From: Octopus bimaculoides
Taxonomy: Eukaryota
DNA: 39,019 bases
Direction of reading: 5' to 3'
NCBI RefSeq assembly: GCF_001194135.2
Contig: NC_069000.1
Coordinates: 45,497,380 to 45,536,398 of the forward strand
Each line of letters opens with the position of its first letter. Position 1 is the first letter of the stretch. Shown piece by piece: positions 1-10,599 of this stretch. A program made the translations under genes and the position numbers. Below the pieces are notes generated by a model. The model was given only the letters and a program-made list of their open reading frames with translations, was not told where the DNA came from and ran no database searches.

Positions 1-309
1 TTTTTTTTTTTTTTTTTTTTGCTTCTGGCCCTAATGTTTCAATGTTGAGACCTCAGGCAGAAAAGTTAGGGAAATAATTGTTTATATTTGATCCATTATA
101 TACACCCTTTTCACTCAATTATACATACATGAATAACTGGGTGGGTGTTGTTTTTTCTTCTTTCTTTCTTTTTAGCAATCATGTTTATTTGTGATCATAT
201 TTTATTTATTTATTTTTTTTGTTTCTTTTGAAGTTTTTGTTTTAGTCTATGATGAATTAAATGTGAATCGGTATCAAATAATAATGTTGATTTGTAACAA
301 GATGGCAGC

Positions 310-770
<461 letters not shown>

Positions 771-1059
771 ATATCATTGTGTTTTGCGAGTGTGAATGTT
801 TAACTTATTTCTGTTGCCTTTCCTTTTATTTCTGCCTCTTATTTAATTACCTTTAATGTTTGATCAACATTACTTGTATTGCTATTGTTGTTTAGCCCCA
901 GGCGAATCCTGATCAAGGTTATTCTAGTCATGACCATTCCGTCTTTTACTCAATCACAGTACACCCAGGACCATATTATCTCTCAATACAGTTTTGGTTT
1001 CTAAAACACTAGGATAGATTTTCGCTTCTATTTCTAGCAAGTCAAGTGTCCATATAGAG

Positions 1060-1320
1060 CAGTCTTTCTCAACCATCTTTTACATACGGACCCCCACCCC
1101 GCTTTGATTCCTATTTTGCTGGGATGGACCCTCGGCCAATAGGATGCTTAGAGAAATCCTATCATATATTTATAATTGAATATGATTAGGAATTGTATTA
1201 AAAATTGATAAAATATTTGGTGTGCTGAAGAAGTAAAACTAATTTATTGTAGATAATTTTTTAGAAGAAAATCTTAAATGGACCCCCAAGGGTCATACGA
1301 ACCGTAGTTCAGAACCACTT
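1060..1320. mobile_element. Non-autonomous hAT (Charlie-type) MITE
   Basis: Imperfect TIRs CAGTCTTTCTCAAC (1060) and GTTCAGAACCACTT (ends 1320), both close to the Charlie-like CAGTGGTTCTCAAC. Repeated subterminal GGACCC motifs. Putative 8-bp TSD ATATAGAG/ATGTTGGG matches 5/8. Confidence 0.65.
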
Positions 1321-1401
1321 ATGTTGGGGGTTCCACGCTGTTGATGTCGTGAAGCTTCGCGAATCCACCTTCTCAGTGATCGCGTGTCTTTGTATAACTT
1401 C

Positions 1402-1510
1402 AATGAAATTGCTCTCGGTGTCATTCGAACTTGGAACATAAAGAGTCGGAACAAACTCCGGAAAGCGGTCTATCCGGCGTCCTAACGACTTTACCAACCG
1501 CCCTCCCCCA
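1402..1510 (-). mobile_element. Old, diverged SINE family B head
   Basis: Reverse complement (GGTTGGTAAAGTCGTTAGGACGCCGG...GTTCCAAGTTCGAATGACACCGAG) aligns by eye to the B head seen at 9069 and 17402-17612. Confidence 0.55.
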
Positions 1511-2812
1511 ACTCCTTCACTGCTTATACAATAATAATATTGTTTTTCAATAAACCCCAAAACTGCATCTGTAAACCGGCCTTGTTCATGTATTATGTGC
1601 ACCACATTGCCGTACAGTTGTTTTGTCAGCAACTTCCGGTTACACGTGATTCGAATTAACAATTCCTGTTCCCCCCCAACCCATTATTACAAACATCTAC
1701 CTACACCTCCACCACAACCACCACCACCACCACCACCANNNNNNNNNNNNNNNNNNNNNNNNNNNNNNNNNNNNNNNNNNNNNNNNNNNNNNNNNNNNNN
1801 NNNNNNNNNNNNNNNNNNNNNNNNNNNNNNNNNNNNNNNNNNNNNNNNNNNNNNNNNNNNNNNNNNNNNNNNNNNNNNNNNNNNNNNNNNNNNNNNNNNN
1901 NNNNNNNNNNNNNNNNNNNNNNNNNNNNNNNNNNNNNNNNNNNNNNNNNNNNNNNNNNNNNNNNNNNNNNNNNNNNNNNNNNNNNNNNNNNNNNNNNNNN
2001 NNNNNNNNNNNNNNNNNNNNNNNNNNNNNNNNNNNNNNNNNNNNNNNNNNNNNNNNNNNNNNNNNNNNNNNNNNNNNNNNNNNNNNNNNNNNNNNNNNNN
2101 NNNNNNNNNNNNNNNNNNNNNNNNNNNNNNNNNNNNNNNNNNNNNNNNNNNNNNNNNNNNNNNNNNNNNNNNNNNNNNNNNNNNNNNNNNNNNNNNNNNN
2201 NNNNNNNNNNNNNNNNNNNNNNNNNNNNNNNNNNNNNNNNNNNNNNNNNNNNNNNNNNNNNNNNNNNNNNNNNNNNNNNNNNNNNNNNNNNNNNNNNNNN
2301 NNNNNNNNNNNNNNNNNNNNNNNNNNNNNNNNNNNNNNNNNNNNNNNNNNNNNNNNNNNNNNNNNNNNNNNNNNNNNNNNNNNNNNNNNNNNNNNNNNNN
2401 NNNNNNNNNNNNNNNNNNNNNNNNNNNNNNNNNNNNNNNNNNNNNNNNNNNNNNNNNNNNNNNNNNNNNNNNNNNNNNNNNNNNNNNNNNNNNNNNNNNN
2501 NNNNNNNNNNNNNNNNNNNNNNNNNNNNNNNNNNNNNNNNNNNNNNNNNNNNNNNNNNNNNNNNNNNNNNNNNNNNNNNNNNNNNNNNNNNNNNNNNNNN
2601 NNNNNNNNNNNNNNNNNNNNNNNNNNNNNNNNNNNNNNNNNNNNNNNNNNNNNNNNNNNNNNNNNNNNNNNNNNNNNNNNNNTAATAAATAAATTGAAGG
2701 GGACAAAGAACAAAGATAGGTCCCGCCAAAGAAATTTTCAATTCTGAAAAATAGTCTTGTAATTACCTCCCAGCAAGACTGAAATTTAACTATGTCAAGG
2801 AGGTGTCCCAAT

Positions 2813-3065
2813 GGAAGCTCGTGGCTTCGTGGTTAGGGGTGTTGGATTCATAACCTTAAGATTGTGGTTTCGATTCTTGGACCGGGCAACGCGTTGTGTT
2901 CTTGAGCAAAACACTTTTATTTTACGTTGCTTCAGTCCACTCAGCTGGTAAGAATGAGTAATCCTGAGACGAACCGGCGTCCCGTCCAGGTAGGGAATAT
3001 ATAACCCATGGAAACCAGGAAACCGGCCCTCATGAGCCTGGCATGGCTCGAGAAGGTAACTTTAG
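2813..3065 (+). mobile_element. tRNA-derived SINE family C with CORE-like central domain
   Basis: A-box-like TGGCTTCGTGG and B-box-like GTTTCGATTC. The central TTGTGTTCTTGAGCAAAACACTTT...TTCAGTCCACTCAGCTGGTAAGAATGAGTA resembles the recalled CORE domain. An inverted copy lies at 11569-11775. Confidence 0.8.
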
Positions 3066-3189
3066 AAAGAGAAAACCTCTATGCGGTCTGTGAGAAATAG
3101 CAGCCAAATTTCTTTTGAAATTGCAGTTTAACATTTTAAAATAAGTATGGCATGTTGGATGACGTATATCTATTGATATGAAAATAATT

Positions 3190-3290
3190 GACGAGATGGT
3201 CACGAGTGGAATGTCTTTGCTTGAATGTTTAGTCGCTGAGAGTTAACCTAGAGCTAAAAACTGCAGCAACAACGACAACAGCAACAAAAG
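3190..3290 (-). repeat. Short dispersed repeat tail fragment (family D); related pieces at ~885-945 (+) and ~14770-14825 (+)
   Basis: A shared motif ~TGATCAAAG..TTC(C/T)AG..(A/G)TGACCAT is present in three places, here in reverse orientation. Confidence 0.45.
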
Positions 3291-3622
3291 TGTGCTATAA
3301 CATAAACAAAGGGTTACATTTCTAGTCATTTTCAGTAAGCCATTGGGTTATAGCCTGTGCGTATGCATGCATGCATGTATGTATGTATGTATGTATGTAT
3401 GTATGTATGTATGTATGCATGTATGTATGTATGTATGCATGTATGTGTGTGTCTGTGAGTGCGTGCGAGTGATTGCATCTCTGTATATACCTGACTGTAT
3501 GTATCTACATATATTCGTTCTCATCATTAAAAATTTATTAATAAGGGTAGAAATTATATTAATCAATTAAAACCAGTGGTCTAGCATATTAAAAAAATAT
3601 CCGAAGATTAAAATTATACTAC

Positions 3623-3719
3623 ATACAAAAATAAGAGGAATGACCAGCAAAAGTGGACTCCTATCTATTTCTAGCATATAGGAGTCCACTTTTGCTGGTC
3701 ATTCCTCTTATTTTTGTAT
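3623..3719. other. Perfect 42-bp inverted repeat with 13-nt loop (hairpin or miniature foldback element)
   Basis: 3623-3664 ATACAAAAATAAGAGGAATGACCAGCAAAAGTGGACTCCTAT is the exact reverse complement of 3678-3719. Confidence 0.95.
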
Positions 3720-3775
3720 ATTCGTTCTCATCCAGACACACAAATATACGCAAGTATATACCCACATATTCCCAA

Positions 3776-3887
<112 letters not shown>

Positions 3888-4384
3888 CCGGTAAGAAATG
3901 GTGGTGAGATGTGAGAAGAGACGAAAACAAGAGGACAATACACAATATTTTCCCGCTAGTTTTATGGCCTTTCACTTAATTTATTTAAAGCAATCCCTAA
4001 TTGTCTGACGCCTCACTTTTCTCTCCTTATTTCCTACACATACCCGTATTTCAAAGCCTGTGCATGTATATATGTATGTAATAATTATACACTGCCTATG
4101 TATGTATATAGGAATGTATTAGTTACATATTATGTATGTGAGTGTGCCTGCGTGTGTCTGTGCGAGTCTGTGTAGGTAGGTATGTGACACGTAAACGAGG
4201 AATATAGGGGCATGCCAATCTGTACTAGTCACGAAATAGCATAGAACGTTTCACAATGGTTACAAATTACCAGTTTTCCTTTTAAAGCGGTAAAAAACAC
4301 ATAATTTATCGTAGCTTAACGTTATTGCACAATATAACAGCCTTCACGGCCTGGTTCTGTCCGTCTGGCCGTGTTTTTATGTCT

Positions 4385-4465
4385 GTCATTGTTCAGTTTT
4401 ATTTCAAGATTTCTTGCCAATAAAGAAAGAGCTGGTTTCTAACCTAGATCCAAGGCTCCGTCATG
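4385..4465 (+). repeat. Dispersed repeat fragment (family E); related inverted piece ~34150-34205
   Basis: GAAAGAGCTGGTTTCTAAC here versus GAAGGAGCTGGTTTCTCAC (reverse complement of ~34165-34183), 17/19 identical. Confidence 0.35.
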
Positions 4466-4470
4466 CACGC

Positions 4471-4503
<33 letters not shown>

Positions 4504-5555
4504 TGTCGCTTCTATTTTTAATTATCATAAATCTTCCACTGAGGAGGAAGATCTTTGAGATGTAGTTAACAGAGACATGTATGTATGTATTATGTATGCA
4601 TGCGTGTATGGACGAATGTGTACAATTATGTAAGTATATATCTAGGTAACTATGTGGGTACACATATATGTAATTGTGTGTATATATACATAGTCCCCCC
4701 CCACACACACATACACGCACACATATCTATAAATATGAAGGACTTTTGCACGGTTCTGTATTATAAGTTTTAATCTCTCTATATTTTTCCCTCTCTCCAT
4801 GTTTTCTCTCCTTATTCCTTTCTGTACAAGGGCGTAAGCTCGAAACGTCTTCCATTTTCCTGAGCGTTAAACTAATACAATTGGTTGTTGTTCTCTCACC
4901 TGTCTCTGTTTGTTGTTTTCCATTTTTCTTGTCTTTTTGTACAATTTTGAACCATATATACGTGCGTGTGTGACTGTGTTTGTGCATATAAATACGTATG
5001 TATATATATACATCTACATTTATTTATATATATATATACACACACACACATACATATCCACACACACATACATATATAATTATACATATATATGTGTGTA
5101 TATTTACACATACAGATTCAGGTCTTTTATTCACTTCTTTTAAAGGATAAATACCAAATTTTTCCCAACGATTTTTCTTTTCGTCATTTGAATAACAAAT
5201 TTGAAGCTCGTATATAACCGAATATATTATTCAATTATAACAGCAATATTCTATAAATGAATCGATTAACCCAATTATTCTTCGCTTGATGTGAAACATA
5301 ATTTTCGAATTTCCTAAAGGGAATAAACCGTCAGAAAAAAAAAAAAGGTCTTTACTAAATAATGGACCATGTAACGAACCGAGGTGCACTGAATAACGGA
5401 AGTTCAACGTTTGTTTAATTCAGGTTTATTTCTGCGCCGATATCATTCATAGCCATCTTAGAAGATTAGCGATTAATTTATGTTTGTGAGTGGAATCCCT
5501 TATACCAGCGGTCATATAAAAGATAAGAGGTTTTTCTAATTATTTTTATAAATAT

Positions 5556-5640
5556 CGCAGGCTTAGGTGTGTTACAAGAGGTTTGCTTCGCAGCCATATG
5601 GTTCTGGGTTCAGTCCCACTATGTGGCACCTTGACTAAGT
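5556..5640 (+). mobile_element. SINE family A head fragment
   Basis: GGTTCTGGGTTCAGTCCCACTATGTGGCACCTTG matches the A head. Confidence 0.75.
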
Positions 5641-5849
5641 ACAAGCGGTGAAGACAGATTATTTTTTTTTTCATATGACTTTTATATAATTGCAGCCGTT
5701 TCACAACCTTCTTTATGGAGTATATATATATCAAAATGGGCAACAAGGATATCCAAAGTTAATGCAGTACGATCGTTTCATGCGACTCCATTTACTTAGT
5801 AATACCATACTTAATTCTGGTGTCTAAACTTAAGTACTATATTCACCTT

Positions 5850-5930
<81 letters not shown>

Positions 5931-6052
5931 TTCCTATCACACACCAACACCCGAACACATACAAACATATGCATATCCGTATAAATGAAGGTATGTGTAT
6001 GTGTATATATAGTGTATGTGTGTGTATTGTTATATTCTAGTTATGCATGCAT

Positions 6053-6083
<31 letters not shown>

Positions 6084-6142
6084 CACATATATATTCGTAA
6101 ATCAATACAGCTACAGTAGCTTAAAAGTACATATAAAACGTG

Positions 6143-6206
<64 letters not shown>

Positions 6207-6624
6207 CATATATATATATATCTGTGTATATATATGTGTGTGTGTGTATACATCAAAGCTTTTATAGGATTTCCAGTATGTATAATATTATATAGTGTAA
6301 AACTCTTGACGCAGTGTGAGTCGTTAAGCAACAATGAATAAGGGGTTCAGTTGTGGACTGAAGTAGAAGGGTCGGAGGGGGTAAGAGGGAAGGGGATAGA
6401 AATTATGCAAAATAAATCAAAACGAAGAAGTAAATTCAAAATAATCAAAATTACTGAAGGGATAAAATATAATTCCAGGAAATTCCTGAAGCAAAACGAA
6501 ACCCATGTGATTAACCGAAAGATTTGTTAACCCAAACCCCTCGTTACCCTGCTTTAATTCTTAAAGAATTAAAGAATTAAAAATAAAAGTTCCTACGCTT
6601 GGCTTGGTCCGACACGAAAACATA

Positions 6625-6890
6625 GGCGCAGGCGTGGCTGTGTGGTAAGAAGTTTGCTTCTCGATTATATGGTTCTGGGTTCAGTCCCACTGCGTGGCAC
6701 CTTGTGCATTTGTCTTCTACTATAGCCTCGGGCCAACCAAAGCCTTGTCAGTGGACTTGGTTGGCGGAAACTGAAGGAAGGCCGTCGTATCTGTGTGTGT
6801 GTGCGTGTGTGTGTGTGTGTGTGTGTAGATATTTCTTTGTGCCTGTGTTTGTCCATTGCTACTGCATCATGTTGGTGTGTTTACGGCCCG
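6625..6890 (+). mobile_element. SINE family A, 3'-truncated, with internal (TG)n
   Basis: A box TGGCTGTGTGG, B box GGTTCAGTCCC; body matches the copy at 9164. Confidence 0.9.
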
Positions 6891-7074
6891 ACAGACAGGA
6901 CTCGATTCGTTCAACTGGTCTCAGAAACCCTGAAAGAGGTCACAAAAAAAAAGCAATTTTTTTTCTTTTGAGAGTTGATTGTGTGAGAGATTACCAACCG
7001 ATGAGTTGAAGGTTCATATTTCATCATTGGCACGATATTTATTAAGCAAAATTATATATACAAAATTATATATA

Positions 7075-7167
7075 AAGTGGCATGCCCAAGGACCCAACAC
7101 GCTGTCAGCCTAGGAACTGAAACCACTAATTTATGATCGTGTGCTTCACATCCCAACTTAGACCACG
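7075..7167 (-). mobile_element. SINE family C head fragment
   Basis: Reverse complement aligns to 2830-2910. Confidence 0.55.
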
Positions 7168-7175
7168 TGCTGTAA

Positions 7176-7870
7176 CTATGGGACTGGGCATTATCTATCA
7201 ACCTACTTTGAAAAGTATGGAATACAGTGAGAAAAACAAGCGATGGGACAGCTGCAACGGTTGGACTAAAACCCAGTTATGTTGCACTGGAAAAGATGAA
7301 AGCTCATTCAATTACATCCATATACTGTACCATTCACTGCAAATCTAGCAAAGCCCAAGCACTTGGACAAGTTTATCAGTGTTTAATACAGGTACAGTAT
7401 CGATCTTCCGGTACCTTTGATTCCAAAGCTCCTCGGGATTACTGATTTTTCCGAACTAGGTGTGGTCACTTTGGTTAACATACTCTAAATTAAATAAATA
7501 TTGAATTTACTTCAATAAATTCAATGAAATGAAGGTCCCTGAACATTGTCATAAATTAGTGCGGATCGTAAGATGCTCCAGACCACCGGAAAGTCCGGAA
7601 AGTCGGTGTTGTATCAGTTCTTATTTGCGAGTATTTATTTTGAAAAGTTCATAATTTAAAAATGCGACTTGCGTCGCATTCTGACTCGTGTAACAGAGGT
7701 TATCACGCATATCGTTCAAAAAATGTTATGACATATATATTGTACGAAGAACCCTTTTCATAAAAGGTCGAGCACCCGAATACTTGCTTATTCAAGGTGC
7801 TGTGTGAAGAATTTGGCTCCGAATACGTGGAGCTACTTTTGAACACTGAGGTGAGACGACTTGTCTCGTG
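7176..7870 (+). pseudogene. Degenerate hAT (Charlie/Buster-like) transposase fragment
   Basis: Manual translation across frameshifts gives YFEKYGIQ*EK / SDGTAATVGLKPSYVALEKMKAHSITSIYCTIH (catalytic DG; CxxH at 7326-7337) ... FIKGRA / NTCLFKVLCEEFGSEYVELLLNTEVR-LSR. This matches the family pattern TDGAxxMxG...HCxxH...NFIK...LC..MG.EH..LLLHTEVRWLSRG. Confidence 0.8.
7395..7611. mobile_element. Tc1/mariner/pogo-type MITE nested in the hAT fossil
   Basis: TA on both sides (7393-94, 7612-13). Imperfect TIRs CAGTATCGATCTTCCGG versus CAACACCGACTTTCCGG (reverse complement of the right end). Confidence 0.5.
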
Positions 7871-8196
7871 ACATTTGTTCCTGTGTAGGTGTTATTTTTC
7901 TACCCGTTTAAATACCTTTAAACTTGACATGGTGTGAGAAAAATGTCTGGAGTTATTCTTGGCTGATTAATGAAGAATTATAAAATACAAAATACACACA
8001 CAAAAAAGAAATTAAGTTCCGGAGTGCTGAAAAATTGGTCCGGCAAATGAGGAATATGAGGTACATTCCAGAAGACTTTTGAGACTTTTTCATGAGAAGC
8101 AGTTATAATTGTCCTAAAATAATTTAATTTTTGTATATCATTACTATACATCTAATAAGCTGACCTGCCAACATTCTATTTCAAAGACTTCTGTGC

Positions 8197-8335
8197 CCAG
8201 GTGGCAGTTATTTTATCGACCCCGAAAGGATGAAGGCGACCTCGGCGGAATTTCAACTCAGAACGTAAAGACGGACGAAACGCCGCTAAGCATTTTGTTC
8301 GGTGTGCCAACAATTCTGTTACCTCACCAACTTAA
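8197..8335 (-). mobile_element. SINE family B, partial
   Basis: TTATCGACCCCGAAAGGATGAAGG...GGAATTTCAACTCAGAACGTAAAGACGGACGAAA is the reverse complement of the B body and head. Confidence 0.9.
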
Positions 8336-8821
8336 GAATATTTACTGAATATTAAAATTCAAAATTTCATCGCTCAAACTGAGGTTAATGAAATGCGAAA
8401 TTAAGGATAATTAAAACTTCTGCTGTTTATTAAGTTTGGTGCAATGTATTCTGAAGAAAAATACTGAAAGAGTTGAATAAACACTCATTTTACTGCTCTG
8501 CATGAATAATAAACAAAAGCTGCCGGATTTCAAAGCAGAAAAAAAATTAAAATTCTATCATTTTGAATGGCATTAGCAACCACATGAAGAGAAGAATCTG
8601 GATTATAAATAAATTTGCGGTGTAAGTTCCCCCAGGAACCCCACCTCTACTTTACCTCATGTCGGTTTAATATTTTACCCCCTATAAAGCTTAATATATT
8701 CCGCTGAAATGTTAGCCCTTTATTGCTAAATATGAGATATAGATTTACGTCAACCCTTGCTCCGCGATCTTATTTATATTTACAAATTACGTTAAAAGCA
8801 GAGTAACTTTATTGTACAGTT

Positions 8822-8823
<2 letters not shown>

Positions 8824-8887
<64 letters not shown>
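8824..8887. repeat. (TTA)n microsatellite
   Basis: About 20 TTA units. Confidence 0.98.
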
Positions 8888-8888
<1 letters not shown>

Positions 8889-9048
8889 GGCGGCGAGCTG
8901 GCAGAATCGTTAGCATGCCGGTCACAATGCTTAGCAGCATTTCGTCCGTCTTTACGTTCTTAATAAGTACCAGTTGAACACTGGGGTCGATGTAATCGAC
9001 TTACTCGCTCCTCGAGCTTGCTGGCCTTGTGCCAAAATTTGAAATCAA
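8889..9048 (+). mobile_element. SINE family B (internally deleted; tail type 2 plus (TTA)n)
   Basis: GGCGGCGAGCTGGCAGAATCGTTAGC head; CTGGGGTCGATGTAATCGAC; tail GCTGGCCTTGTGCCAAAATTTGAAA. Confidence 0.9.
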
Positions 9049-9068
9049 TATTATTATTATTATTATTT

Positions 9069-9354
9069 AAGGCGGCGAGCTGGTAGAATCGTTAGCACGC
9101 AGGGCGGAATGCTTAGCGGCATTTGTTCCGCCTTTACGTTCGGAGTCGATTAAAATTATAATAGGCGCAGGAGTGGCTGTGTGGTAAGTAGCTTGCTTAA
9201 CAACCACATGGTTCCGGGTTCAGTCCCACTGCGTGGCACCTTGGGCAAGTGTCTTATACTATAGCCTCAGGCCGACCAAAGCCTTCTGAGTGGATTTGGT
9301 AGACGGAAACTGAAAGAAGCCCGTCGTATATATGTATATATATGTATGTATATG

Positions 9355-9394
<40 letters not shown>

Positions 9395-9671
9395 TGTGTC
9401 TGTGTTTGTCCCCCCACCATCGCTTGACAACCGATGCTGGTGTGTTTACGTCCCCGTAACTTAGCGGTTCGGCAAAAGAGACCGATAGAATAAGTACTAG
9501 GCTTACAAAGAATAAGTCCTGGGGTCGATTTGTTCGACTAAAGGCGGTGCTCCAGCATGGCCGGAGTCAAATGACTGAAACAAGTAAAAGAGTACCAGTC
9601 AACATCTTGGGGCGATATAACCGAAATACGCCCTCCCTCAAAACCGCTGGCCTTGTTCCCACATTTGAAGC

Positions 9672-9672
<1 letters not shown>
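9069..9672 (+). mobile_element. SINE family B split by a nested family A copy
   Basis: The 5' part 9069-9160 ends ...GGAGTCGATTAAAAT. The 3' part resumes AGTACCAGT at 9591 and runs to the type-2 tail, followed by (ATT)n. Confidence 0.75.
9164..9590 (+). mobile_element. Full-length SINE family A
   Basis: Pol III A/B boxes, body, internal (TA)/(TG) tract at ~9326-9390, and 3' end GGCGGTGCTCCAGCATGGCC...ATGACTGAAACAAGTAAAAG. Near-identical to 35121-35502. Confidence 0.95.
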
Positions 9673-9722
<50 letters not shown>

Positions 9723-9961
9723 TATTATTATTATAACCATCATCATTATATTTACTGGTTCATATAATTACAATAATATTATAGAATATCCTAGCGTATC
9801 GGACATGCGATATTTTACAATATACGCAAATAACATTATATTTGACATACAATATCTTAAATCGAATAATCAGGAATTTCTTCTCCAAGTCACTCCTTGC
9901 CTCTTACAGAACGTTTAGTCGTGAAATTCTGGTATCATATGTTCTTAATGTAACAGCAGGC

Positions 9962-10010
9962 GTACACACACACGCGCGCGCGCGCGCGCACACACACACA
10001 CGCACACACA

Positions 10011-10100
<90 letters not shown>

Positions 10101-10283
10101 TATTTGCTCATGCAATTAAACATTAATTTCTAAATGGCTTTGTAGGTTTTGTATGCATACATACATACATACATACATGCATACATACATACATATATAC
10201 ATACATACATACATACATACGTACATACATACATACATATATGTATATGTGCGTGTATATATATATATGTATATGTACACATA

Positions 10284-10325
<42 letters not shown>
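9962..10325. repeat. Compound microsatellite (CG/CA/TA/TACA)
   Basis: Direct reading of the sequence. Confidence 0.95.
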
Positions 10326-10327
<2 letters not shown>

Positions 10328-10483
10328 ACGGGCTTGTTTCAGTTTCCGTCTACCAAATCCACTCACAAGGCTTTGGTCGGCCCGTGGCTATAGTAGAAGA
10401 CACTTGCAGAAGGTGCCACGCAGTGGGACTGAACCTGGAACCACGTGGTTGGGAAGCAAGCTTCTTACCACACAGCCAGGACG
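10328..10483 (-). mobile_element. SINE family A head, ending at a microsatellite
   Basis: Reverse complement of the A head and body up to the AAGCCCGT site. Confidence 0.92.
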
Positions 10484-10599
10484 TTTACAAGTAGTGAGGT
10501 GATAGTGACTTCGAAGCTGCAGCTTTCTCGCCTTCGTCACACTGACAATTACAATACCAGTCATTTCCTTGTAAAAGTTTTCTCTCTTGTGTAAGTGCT

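Noticed and set aside
1309-1662. 117-aa minus-strand ORF with ordinary composition
   Set aside because: Its middle is a decayed SINE B head and its end lies in the hAT MITE terminus; no protein similarity recognised.
1595-2811. Long ORFs (100-370 aa) spanning N runs, here and at the other gaps
   Set aside because: Their length comes from X codons in assembly gaps.
6552-6574. 11-bp AT-rich palindrome; also an 8-bp hairpin at 7661-7680
   Set aside because: Short enough to be expected by chance in AT-rich DNA.
9164-9240. tRNA-like sequences with A and B boxes
   Set aside because: They continue into SINE bodies and lack a complete cloverleaf, so they are SINE heads, not tRNA genes.
10500-10516. 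17-mer TGATAGTGACTTCGAAG repeated at 22722-22738
   Set aside because: The match barely extends; it could be chance or an unrecognisable old repeat.
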